From Haplodiscus bocki (Eukaryota): DNA of 64,000 bases. This document shows, in pieces, positions 51,981-63,715 of the stretch. The translations under genes and the position numbers were made by a program. The stretch covers positions 61,690,001-61,754,000 of the forward strand of contig OZ296657.1 of assembly GCA_965655095.1 (NCBI GenBank), given 5' to 3'. The notes under the pieces were generated by a model. It was not told where the DNA came from. It ran no database searches and saw only the letters and a list, made by a program, of their open reading frames with translations. Within the stretch, counting starts at the first letter, position 1, and every line of letters begins with the position of its first letter.

Positions 51981-52796
51981 TGTCGGCGCGGGAATAAACG
52001 CTTTGATGTCCATCTCTGACGGATTAGGACCGTCCATTTTCTGTCGAAAGATGGAAAAGGCGCGTCCTATGATGGAAGAGATGGATGGAAAAGTTGTTTA
52101 TTTCCCGCCAGAGTCGGCATTTTTAACTTTGATGTACTAGTGAACAAAGTACTTTTCCCTATTTGTACCTTGACTGGGCGGGTAAACAATTATGTTTCCA
52201 GCCAGGAAAAGGTATAAATAGGAGAAATGAAAGTACAGAGGACACAACTTTTCATTTATTGTAAAGTACTGATGATAATATTCCAGTATAGCATTTCCCT
52301 TCGTTGTTGATAAAACTGTTGAAAAGACAGAAATTGATTTCTCCTTCTGAAAAAAAATCAATTATTACTGACTGATCGTTATTTTTCCCGCAAGCGATGA
52401 CAAATCGAAACAAGAGGAAATTGGCAGCATTAAAAAAAGAAAACTGTGAAGAACATCCTAGGAGCAACAAGGCACAAAACTCAAGCGCTCCTAGATCGCA
52501 GGAGGACTATGTAACTTAAATTTCTGAGGAAATTGAGGGAAGGGTCACGAAAAGGCTGTCAAAGGAGTTCAGTAGAACAGAAAACCGCATTCTAGGTGCA
52601 CTAGGGCGACTCAATGATTTTCTTATGAACCCGCTACTACCGGGACACTCCGGAACCACTCCGGAGCCACCCCGGAACTCATTAAACACAAGCCAGGGAA
52701 CGAACGAGGACGACTCCCAGAATGATCCTCGTCCCGAAGCGGGCCTCTTCCACGGTCAGATGACACAAAACTCTGGCCCAGAAGATGGCCACAACA
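51981..52796 (+). repeat. 5' LTR (816 bp, TG...CA)
   Basis: TGTCGGCGCGGG...CACAACA, delimited by homology with the 49324-50143 copy and immediately followed by TGG. Confidence 0.8.
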
Positions 52797-54015
52797 TGGT
52801 GACAGGAGCTACAGAACAAATTGGTAATTGCCACAATATGACTGGAGTTCACGAGGAAGTCACATACTGCCCCCCTAGTACATCTTCAGGGAAGCAGAAG
52901 AAAAACCGTTCCACCAGTCAACCACAATTCCGCAGTGAAAACGCACCTGCGACGATCGAAGCAGACCAAATTTTGTTGGCCCTTCAGCAGTTGGCAAATA
53001 ATAACAATTCTGCGAACTTTCACAATAACATCAACAGAATCTCCAAACTCCCAAAGTCATTAGCCACATCGATGCCCACGTTTGACGGAAAAACTGAGAA
53101 ATTTGAGCTCTTTGAAGACCTTTTTCAGACGAGTCTCAATGTTCATAACCAGTTGACTGAAGATGACAGAATCAACTATTTCCATTCTCTCGTGAAGGAA
53201 GATGCCCTACAAACCTTTAAAAATATTAATGGCCCAACCCGAGAGATACTGGAAGAAATTCTAGCAGTTTTCCGAACGAAGTATGTGAAACCTCAATTGA
53301 TGGCAACAGCAAAACATACATTCCAGAAACTCGTCTTTAATCCAGCAAATCAAAAGTTAGTAATTTTCTTGACGAACTTCAAAAACTGGCCAAAGACGCA
53401 TTTGGAATAGCTGCCCATGCCATCATCGAACAGTTCATATACGCCAAAATGCCACCACACGTGAAAAAAACAATAATCCAGGCCCATCTAGAGAATGGCA
53501 CGTACGAACAAATTGTTACACACCTGGAACGGGAATTAGAGTTGAATGGTTTGGAAGCCCCTGACGAGCTACCGATAAACAATGTGAGCCAACAACCCAC
53601 AAACACTAACGCCGACAGACCCAAACCAACGTACCATCAGTGTAAAAAGCCAGGAAATTACAGAAATCAGTGTCGCTTGTTGAAAAAACAGCAAGAACAA
53701 ACTGAAAATAATCAAAACAATCCAGGAAACAAAAACAGTGACGCCAATACCTCTAACCCGAACAGCAATGTCAGCAACAATAATAACAACAAAAACAGTA
53801 ATGGAGCTGAAAGAAAGCCAAAAACTATTTACCCACCCTGTGAGACATGTGGAAAAACAAACCACTCCACAGAGAAATTTTACTTTGGAGCCAATGCAGC
53901 CAATCGACCGCCTCCCTGTCATAGAAGACCGGAAAGACAAAATCAGATATCAGAGAGAGCCAATCAAAGTGATAATAATGAAGCTCCTCAAGCTGCAGCC
54001 CAAAATTTAAACTAA
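52397..54015 (+). pseudogene. Gypsy gag
   Basis: ATG at 52397 (MTNRNKRKLAA), in frame with the 52625 ORF apart from one TAA at ~52517. Contains MPTFDGKTEKFELFEDLF and two degenerate CCHC knuckles (YHQCKKPGNYRNQC, CETCGKTNHSTEKF). Frameshift at ~53365. Confidence 0.85.
52797..52808 (+). promoter_or_regulatory. Primer-binding site candidate TGGTGACAGGAG
   Basis: TGG directly after the LTR-terminal CA. It is 11/12 identical to TGGTGTCAGGAG, the complement of a common tRNA-Leu 3' end. Confidence 0.6.
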
Positions 54016-54061
54016 CAATGCCACGTCTTCACTCCGGAGCTGCGGTTGACAGACCGGAGAC
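54006..54061 (+). promoter_or_regulatory. -1 ribosomal frameshift signal between gag and pol
   Basis: T TTA AAC at 54006-54012 just before the gag TAA. Pol is in the -1 frame, with a downstream stem ctccgg (54032-37) / ccggag (54054-59). Confidence 0.75.
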
Positions 54062-57000
54062 AACTAATTTAAAACTTCCACCAATTCCAGAGGTTGTCTG
54101 GCAGCAAACCCAGGAGACTCATGTACCTATTATTTATCAAACTTTCAAAAATGAAACTCATAAAAATACCCTCATGCCTGAATCTAAACACAGAAGTGAT
54201 GTAGAATCACAAACGTCGCACATAAAAGAAACCTCATCCCAAGCATCCGTATCCCGTACGGAACCACTCCTAGGAAACCAAACTTGGAGCGCGCTAGTAC
54301 CGAGCCTCAATGACTCCAAGAAACTCGGCTCAGAAATTCAAAGAAATGACATTGACATGATGACCTGGGACAGTGGAGATGACAAAATATCCCCGCCTGC
54401 AATAGCAATTTCCCAAATTGAAGAACGACTATTGAGGGATGATAGTACCAATGAACTTTACATGCCACTATCCTCCACAATTGTCCTAAAACGAAAGAAA
54501 GAAATGTTGTATGTCCCTCTGGATTTTGACAATGGCTTAACAATAGACGCCCTTGTTGACTCGGGAGCCTATGTGAGTGCAATAGCTCAAAAAGAGCTTG
54601 ACAGAATCAAACAACAATCTCCGTCTAATATCCTAAAAATTGATGATCCTCCTGACTTTCAAATTCAAGTAGCAAATGGCCAGTTAGAGGAACCAACAGC
54701 AACAACCACACTCAAATTTGACATCGGGGATCACATTTTTGCAGAACATTTCGTTGTGATGAAAAATCTGACAGGACCTTTTATAGGATTGCACTTCATG
54801 AGACATAACAGCGTGGTCATCGATACCACTCATGGTCTCATCCACTTCCCACATTTGACAATGCAAGTCAAAAGTGCATTGAGTCAAACAAGTGTTAAAC
54901 CTCAAGTTGTTGTTATCCACGATAATATAACAATACCACAAATGACGACAAAAACAATCACAGCATTTGTTGACCACGTATCAGAATGGAATACAGCAGG
55001 GACTGTAACGCCAGTGGAAAAATTCAGAAACCGCGAGTCTCATAATATCCCATTCAATGTCAACAAAAACTGACAAGAAGATAGCAGTCAGAGTCACCAA
55101 CACCACGGAATCACCCTATACAATCAACAAGAACACACAAATTGTCGAATTCTCCGTAGTCACTCCGGAGCAATCCAAGTTTATCAAACCGGTAGACATG
55201 GCAGTCCTTAGTATGATTCCTGAAGGTGACCCAGACCTGATTACATATCTGACTGAGCTACTCAGAACAAACAAAGCAGATCAGCAAACCAACACCTTTT
55301 GGTTTCCGACACCCGAAAATCCTGGCAACACAGAGGAGCACACCCGAATTCAAACGCGAATCCTAAAGGAGCTGCGTGAACTGCAATTGAAAGAAAAACT
55401 CAACCCGAAAAATCACACTGAATCAAGAACGGAATTCCTAAAGCGCTTTGATTGGACGGACACACTGCTCACCGAAACTGAGAAACAAGCAGTTGAAGAC
55501 TTCCTAGTCGAACATCATGACATATTTGCTAGACACAGAATGGACATTGGGATGAACACAGAATTCAAGGTGAGACTCACACCAAAGGATGACAAAGCTG
55601 TTTACAGCCAAAGCGTACCAATGCCGATCCACCTGAAAGAAGATTTAATTGTTGAGCTCACTCTTATGCACAAATACGGGATCATCACAGTGTTACCATT
55701 CTCAAAATACGCAAGTCCCATATTTGCACAGAGGAAACCCAACGGAAAATTACGTCTCCTTGTGGATCTCAGGAAAATCAACACCCTGATTGCAGATGAT
55801 TATACCAACAATAATCACCCAGTCAGCACTTTGTCAGATGCAGTACAACACCTGGCAGGGAAATCCCTATTCTGCAAGCTTGACTGCTCTCAGGCTTATC
55901 ATTGCTTGCAGATGGCGGACCAACGTTCGGTGGAAATGCTTGCATTCAATTTTGCTAGCAGAACCTTTGCCTACAAAAGACTTGCACAGGGTCTCAGCAG
56001 ATCTGTGTCTGCTTTTTCGAGCTGCATGCGCGAGTACTTGGTCCCAGTCTTAAAAGTTGACCAATGTACTCAATATGTGGATGATATTGGAATCGCAGCC
56101 AATAATGCTACAGACCTCACCCGGAACATTCGGGCAGTCTTCCAGTGCATTCGCAATGCAGGATTGAAACTGACAATGGAAAAGTGCCATTTTGGAGTCA
56201 GGCAAGTTGAATTTCTCGGAAGAACCATTTCATCCGAGGGAGCATCGCCACAAGCTCACAAGTTCCAAAATTTTTCGAACCAATTGAGACTCCCCAAATC
56301 GAAAAAGGCTTTGCAGTGGTATCTGGGCTTCGTAAATTATTACAGAAATTATATTCCCAGAATGGCTGAAAAATTCAACCCATTCTACAAACTCTTGAAA
56401 GCAGAAGTCCCAATCAACGTCACATCAGAATTGAAAGAAACTTTTGATTGAGTAAATAAAGCATTGAGTGATGTTTGCGAATTAGCATTGAAGCAACCCG
56501 TTCCTGGAAAGCAGCTTGTCCTAATGACGGACGCAAGCTTCATAAGCGCAGGCTATGCTCTCATGATTGAAGATAAGCCAGATCAAAAAATCCAATCAAA
56601 GCGCAAGACTTACGCACCTGTCATGTTTGGATCAAAAATTTTTTTGCCTGCACAACTGAAAATGTCGATTTACTCAAAACAATTTTTGGCAATTTACATG
56701 GCATTCCTCGATTTTGAACACATCTTGTGGGAAACAACGAAACCAACAATCATTCTGACGGACAACAAATCCGTCACACGATTGTTCCAGACCAAAGCAA
56801 TTCCACCATCTTTGTGGAACGCACGTGATTATGTGCAGCAGTTAAACTTCAAATTAGCGCATATCGCTGGTTCAGTGAACACAGCAGCTGATTTCTTTTC
56901 ACGATTACAGTTAAAAGTCTTGGAAAGGATCCGTCTCAAAATCAGGGAAGATGTACAAACAACACCCATTGAAGTCACAACATCCTCTTCAGATGTTGCA

Positions 57001-58903
57001 GATGAAGAACAGTTTTTCTTCGCGCACACAAAAGATCAAGGTGAAAGTGAAGAACAGATCTTACAGAGAAAAAAACAACCTCGAGAGAAAGCAGCAGAAT
57101 GGGTAGTCAACCAGGAACCATCCTCAATGAAGCCAAGTATAAAAGAATTCACAAAGATCGAAGGAAACACTATGGCGTATTCCCTTCATGGAATTAAAGC
57201 AATCGCGAGAATACGAGTAGAGCAAGATGCCGATCTAGTATTGAAGAACTTGAAACTTAAAATACGTGGCCAACCAAACGATGATGTGCTATTGACAACA
57301 GACAGACGATTTAAGCATTACAAAGCAAATGAAGATCGCATTATCCTCAAGGATGGACTCCTATTCCGGAAATACTACGGAGACACTGGTAACGTTAAAT
57401 ACTACCAAATTCTCATACCGAAGCAGTTAGTTAACGAAGTACTCCGGAGTCTCCACGGAGAATTTGGGAAACATCCTGGAATTACCAAAACGATAATTGC
57501 CTACAGAGAAAAATAATATTACCCGAAAAAGGCTCAACTAATCAGGGAATGGGTCATGTCATGTGAGCAATGCATTAGAGAATTACGGATTAATCCCCAT
57601 TTCACCCCCCCCCGTGCAAAACCCAAATGAGCACATTACTGCGCCCGAGGACCCCAAGCAAATTGATTTAATACCGGGATTACCGCCATCTGGTGGCTAT
57701 GAGAACATTGTGACAGCCATGGATGTATTTTCCCGCTATTTGGTTGCTTACCCGACATCAAATCAAGACGCCACAGCAATCGCCATACTGATAATTAACA
57801 TCATGACGAAGCACGTCTACTTACCAACAACACTTATCTCAGATAAAGGTACAGCCTTTACGTCACATGTAATTAAAGAAGTGGCCGTCGTCCTTGGTAT
57901 TACTCTAAAGCACGCCACTACAAAGCACGTGCAAACAATTGGGCTACTTGAACGATCACACGCGTCAATCAAACAGTCATTAAAGATCGAAACAGGCGAG
58001 CGGAGATGATTGCGGCACAAATACATCAGCATTGCGGTCCGTAATTACAACACCTCCTATCACTCGAGTATTGGATCCGAACCGAGCAGAGTGTTTCACG
58101 GCCGCATCCCTTATAATATACTTGATTTAAAATTGGGTATTCGTCCAAAAAAAATTTCCCCGCCAGATTCAGAAATCGCACAAGACGTCCTTGAACAGAC
58201 AGAGGCGATTTTCCAAGACGTCCGGAAAAATTCTCTGCAAGCTTATATCAAATACAAAGCGTATTATGATAAAAAAACCAATGCTTTAAAACTGAAACAA
58301 TCTGATTATGTTTACATTCTGCAGCCAAAAGGGGATCACCAGGGAAGCAAAATTCCCTTCACAGACTTTCGTTGGATCGGGCCATATATTATTGACAAAG
58401 TATTACCCAACAATAAATATGTGGTACGAAAAAATGTCACCAATAAAACGCAAATCCTGCACAGTATGAGGCTACGTCAATTCACACCCCGCCAGCCAAT
58501 ACCAGACACACCAGTCACATCACGCGAATGGTAACCAGACCTGGAAGTTACCAATACACATGATGATTTATACGCCAGAGCATGGGAGTGTGAGTACGAC
58601 AAGCCAATGTTTGACAGCGATCGCGAGAACATGGTCATACCTGATCCACCCGAAGTCACAGTACGACCTGAAGAACAAGCCGATGAAACAAGGAGTATTC
58701 CAGGAACCATACAAGAGGACTCCTCAGAGATTCTTCCCCACACAGATGAAATAGATGACAGAACGGATACGGATCACTACATGCAGCCTGATGCGGATAA
58801 TAGTGTAGAGCAAAATGACCCTAGGCCTACCAACCCCCGCAGCTCAAAATATAATCTACGCCATAACCCAAGGCCAAATTGCAATGACGACTACAGATAT
58901 TAA
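54006..58903 (+). pseudogene. Gypsy pol (protease, RT, RNase H, integrase) with several stops and frameshifts
   Basis: LVDSGA; LRLLVDLRKIN, KLDCSQAY, YVDD; MTDAS, TDNKS, NTAADFFSR; HGEFGKHPG..CEQC, QIDL, ISDKG, GLLERSH; WIGPY. Lesions at ~55030, 56449, 57514, ~57605, 58007 and 58532. Confidence 0.95.
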
Positions 58904-59348
58904 ATCGTAAGTCTACCTTGGTGTGCATCCGGAACAACCACGGATAAAACATGTGGATTGTGGGAAAGTGCTACGGAGCGGTTACGGAACACTTACGTAC
59001 CCAATCACAAAACCTCTAGTACAACGTCTGTAACAACACAGAATTACAAGAAATTTAGTCCTAGTAGTTTTCCAAATTGCAGAGATGCAAACCCAACGTT
59101 CCAGAAACACCCACCTAGTGTACCCTAGTATGTCCTCCGGAGAACTTCCGGAGACATTCCTGAGTTTTCCTAAAATGGTGGCTACGGATACAATACGGGG
59201 TACATACAAATTATTCCTAATACTTTGAGGCTACACCCTGGCGACATACTCAACTACTACTCAACTCTGTGAAATGACAACGGGCTATAGACAGTTAACT
59301 ATATACTCTAAATACTAAATATAATTCCAAATGCAATGATATGTAAAG

Positions 59349-62300
59349 TTATCGGGGACTTGACTGAGAAACTGGTATAGCACGACGACTAAGACCACTA
59401 CGGCGCGAGGAAACAGTTTTATCGTCATCCCGCAGAGCAATTGCAAAACTGGGATCATCGAAATAAACTCCCCGTCCCTTGGGCAGCACTACCGACTCAT
59501 CGTCGAATTCAAAACGGCGCTTGACAGCAGTTTTGGTGGGCGTCTCACTCTTCTTCTGTTTCCCCTTCCCAGGGCTTTTGACAGCGCAACTCGTACTGGG
59601 CACTTGTGTGGCAGAAACAGACTGGGGCAAATAATCCACATGACCGACTTCAACAACATTCGAAATGCGAACAGCTTGCTGACCCGAAGACTCTCCAACA
59701 GCAGAAGACGCGACGCTACCTACACCAAACCATCGCTCAGAAGTGTCTCGAGCATCCTTCCGGCGAACCAAAACAACATCATACGCCCTTTTTAAGTCAG
59801 AGACGACAGCAGCATATCCCTCAGCAGATATAACAGCCCACGAGTCATACACAGAGTCTTCACAAACACTGCCTGCGACGTTTACAGCACACAGCAACAT
59901 TGAGATACCACTGTCCGAGAAGAAATCCCGCTGAGTGAAGAGAGGGTCCCGTACAAAACTTTGTACACAGCAGATAGCAGAATCGATTGAGCGGTGATCA
60001 ATTGTGACACGGTCAAGATTTAGCTGGAATCGGGGTATCTCCTCTGCAGGACCACGTTGAAATATTGCTGTCAATTGGAAGACCTAAAACTTACAAAAAC
60101 TTTTAATGTTTGACCACAGCAATGGAGCCAATTTGCAAGCCCACCAGACTTACTCGGTAAAGGTGCCGGCGACTCCGAAAACCACTCGGCTGAGTCAAGC
60201 AACTGAGGACATTACTAATATCAGAGTGCTTTCTACTGGCACGACATTCAAGTTGGCGCTGGTCATTCACAAAGGATTGAAACTCAGCTTTGCAAGCTTC
60301 AACCGTCGACCTTTTTTCCCACCCACACTCAACCAAGCCGTCCAGGAGCTGTCCAAAGAGAAAGAAGGCGGAATGGTCATCGCCACCGATTATTATCTCT
60401 GGGCAAAAGCAGCTGACGCCCTGACCCAGCCTCGAACGAGCGGCGACAGTAGATAAAACGGTGCTGGTGAAGTCCTCGAAAAAACGACGGGCATTGCTTC
60501 TAAACTCCTTCTTCAAATACTGGCTTATCATTTTCTCCAGCGCTGCATGCACGCGTGTCCCGACAAGAAAATGCTGATCCTCGATGGCTGTGAAGGATGA
60601 ATGGTTTAGGAGCGTGTAACTCTCCCACTTCTCGACAACAGACAAAGATCCACTGGCCTTTATTTTCTGCAGCAAACAATACACGAAGTTCGATAGTTCA
60701 CCATATGCATGGTAGCCGTAATCGTTCCGTGGTGGCTGCTGTGTTGCGAAGTTGTTGTTGTCTGAAACAGAAGAATACATCTGATGACTAAATGTGGAAA
60801 CCAGGATACCACTAGGAGCACCACACGTGGACGCCTAGAAATCCCTAAACATGGGGAAATGAGGATACCACTAGGAGTCCTACATGTGGACTCCCAGAAA
60901 TCCCGAAACATTTGGCAATGAGGATACCACCAGGAACGCGACACGTTGACTCCTAGAATTCCTATAACCAAAACCCGTGTGGGAATGGCAAACACTACAC
61001 AATTGCGACAGTGGATGAAAATACCAACACAATTCAAGGATGAGATGGAACAAGCGGAACTTCATTCTCCCCAGCTGGTCAATGTAGAAGGATCCATCTA
61101 TCCCTTTTTTCTAAACATGAAAACGGAAAAAAGCATTGGCAGTCATGCCAAAACAGAAACTAAAAGGGGAAAACCATACCACAAGACTATCGCCGCTGTC
61201 TTTTTTGCCAGCCTCTTTGAGGTATGAGACAATGAGCGGCCAAACCCCAATGTTGCTCACAACATCCACCAGCCCAGGCAGGGAAAGATCACCTGTCTCA
61301 ATCGCCCTTCGCAGGGATTGTCTCGACTGCATCCAATCACGATGCTCAGCACCTTTGAGTCTGGTCACGATGAACTCAGTCATCGAAAACGGATCGAGCG
61401 TCCCGAACACAGTGGAAGCTGTCTTTTGTAAGCAGCGTTTGAGCAACCTGACATCAAAAAGTGGATAATCCAACACTCCGCGCATGCACCCGCTTCCCAC
61501 ATACTCCTTGTAGCTCTCAGCAAGAGTGTGTGACCACCCAGAAATTCCCACTAAAGACGCCCCACTGCCATCTGCACACAAAATTTGCCTAAGAATGACG
61601 AGTTCGCTGCTAGCATCGCCATGATAGCGATCGATCACCCCCACAGCCACACGGTAAAAAGTGTCCCGACGCCATGTCCTCACGAACACCCAAGTACGGG
61701 AACCACGGTCCTCAAATTCCAGCCCATACTGCTTGTGCGCTTTCACCCACTCGATGACCCGGTCCAAAACTCGGGGAAACATTCCATTCAGAATGATTGA
61801 CTGAAACAAATAAATGAGCAAATCTGTGACAAAGAGCCTACACATATGTTCCGGGGGACACACGGAACTGACCAAAACTTCATTGCGCGACCAGGTAACG
61901 CTGACATTGACCCGACTGGCTGTCAAGACGAACCGCTCCCACAGACGCTCAACCAACTCGTAACTTCCAACCAGCTGGAGTACATCGATGAGGGACGAAA
62001 CCTTGGCGAGCACAGGAAGTTGAGGGTCAGTGTTTCCGGAAGCATCCGGAATCAAGTCCTCACGGTACGGGTATTCTCTGTCCCGAACAACTAAGGGAGC
62101 CCGCAGATTTTTTCACGCTGTCTCTGCAGCTCACCCTCTGTCAAATGCTTGCCATCGAACCCAAGGACACGCCACCCAGGAGTCTCAAGTCGGAGCCGCT
62201 GATCCCTCGCAAAGTGCCGCATCCCTTGAAAATGGCGCAAGACCTCCGAACTGCCATGGGTGAGCACCGACAAGTCTTTTCGGCACAGCCGGCAGTAGAA

Positions 62301-63715
62301 ATCACTCAGTTTTGTGGAAGCGTCAGTGGGACCAGTCACAAAAAACCGAGCCAGCTCGCTGGTGGCATAGCTCTTCTTCATGTTGAAGGTACGTTTTGAG
62401 CGTACCCTCCGTCGAGGCTGGCTTGTGTCAGTCTCCTCCCCACTGGTGTCCGTTGTGTCAGTCGCACGTCGCTGTTGCTGTGACACAGAAGGCCCCAGGT
62501 TCAGCTTGTCCAACACCTCATTAAGCTCTGCAAACAAAATAACAGATGGTGAAACCACAGAATTACGGAGTCATACGGAACAGTTCCGGAGTACTAACTG
62601 GTCATTAATGAACCCAGGAGCTGATTCTTCTCCTCCTCCACCACGGAGCGGCAGAGAGACACCAGCTGATGCCCTGTGGCCCAAATCACTGAATATGAAG
62701 GATTTCCACTGTACTGATCTAAAACAGGAAAATATGGGTTACAAACATGGAGCAAACGAGGAGTAATACTAGAAGACTACTCATTTGAAACAAGGTATAC
62801 CCTCATCAAACGCCTTCTCTAGCAGCTGGCGACTCCTACTCTTGCTTCAGTCGGCCGCAAGGAGACAATGCTGGGCCCCCCAGCGAGCGGTACTAGTCGT
62901 TTAGTAACAACAGCTCGTCTCCTGCGCACCACACTCTCGCTCTCCACGCCAGTGGACACCTCTCCGGCTCGATCCCCTCCTGTCTTTTCTTCTGTGCCTA
63001 TAATGCAGAAAACAACCATGAAAACACGCTGGAAACACTACCATGATAATTAAGCCAGAGCAATGCTAACTTTCAGCAACAGCCGCCAGCGGAGCTCTCC
63101 GGGAAGCTCTCTGGGGAAAGTCCTCTTCAGAAGTTGCCCCGCTATCCTCAAACTCACTGCCCGAAGCAGACTGCTCTCCACTACCACGAGCTGACTTTCT
63201 GGCAGGCTCTCCGCAGGAATCGTACACTAAAACACAACCCGATGGCGAAGTCAACTTCTACTGAAATTGTGCGCACATGACAACTAACTTAACCGATCGA
63301 ACAACTGGCCAGTGTGACATCCTAATAAAAAGTTAATGGATATTGAGAAGTTTGAAAACTAACAAATCGGTAGTCCGGCAGTATCAAGTGCATTTTCTGT
63401 CTGCGAAATTAGACCAGCTCTCCCGATTCCCTCCTCGAAGGTGACTCCTTCTGACTCACACCCACCAACAATTGACAGAGCTCCACCCATAGAGATGGTT
63501 TCTGACTCATTGTCAGCTTCTGTGCCCCTGTCTACTCGTCTCCTCACATCTGCACTACTTCCAACAGCCTCACGCACAATGGGGGGATCAGGGGGGAACT
63601 GATCAAAAGGGGACACAACAGCATCCGGGGCTGCTCCGGAACTCTCCACATGACAACTACCCTCGCCTCTCACAACGACTCGACTCTTCTTCGTTTTCTT
63701 TTTTTCATCAACCAT
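59349..63715 (-). pseudogene. Antisense multi-exon gene (~9 exons, ~1,170 codons) encoding a zinc-finger protein, slightly decayed
   Basis: Predicted exons 63715-63364, 63226-63071, 62997-62801, 62718-62599, 62527-61873, 61800-61180, 61110-61025, 60761-60154 and 60083-59349, with GT-AG introns mostly 69-82 nt. Zinc finger FYCRLCRKDLSVLTHGSSEVLRHFQGMRH. Lesions in exons 3, 5 and 7. Confidence 0.75.
60803..60970. repeat. 3x 58-bp tandem repeat within a predicted intron of the antisense gene
   Basis: Unit ggataccactaggagcaccacacgtggacgcctagaaatccctaaacatggggaaatga repeated three times with substitutions. Confidence 0.85.

Noticed and set aside
58904-59348. Expected PPT and 3' LTR after pol
   Set aside because: There is no match to TGTCGGCGCGGG or other LTR sequence here or elsewhere up to 64000.
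59349-63715. env gene interpretation of the post-pol ORFs
   Set aside because: They are antisense and intron-containing, with no signal peptide or C-terminal transmembrane anchor, and they carry a zinc finger instead.
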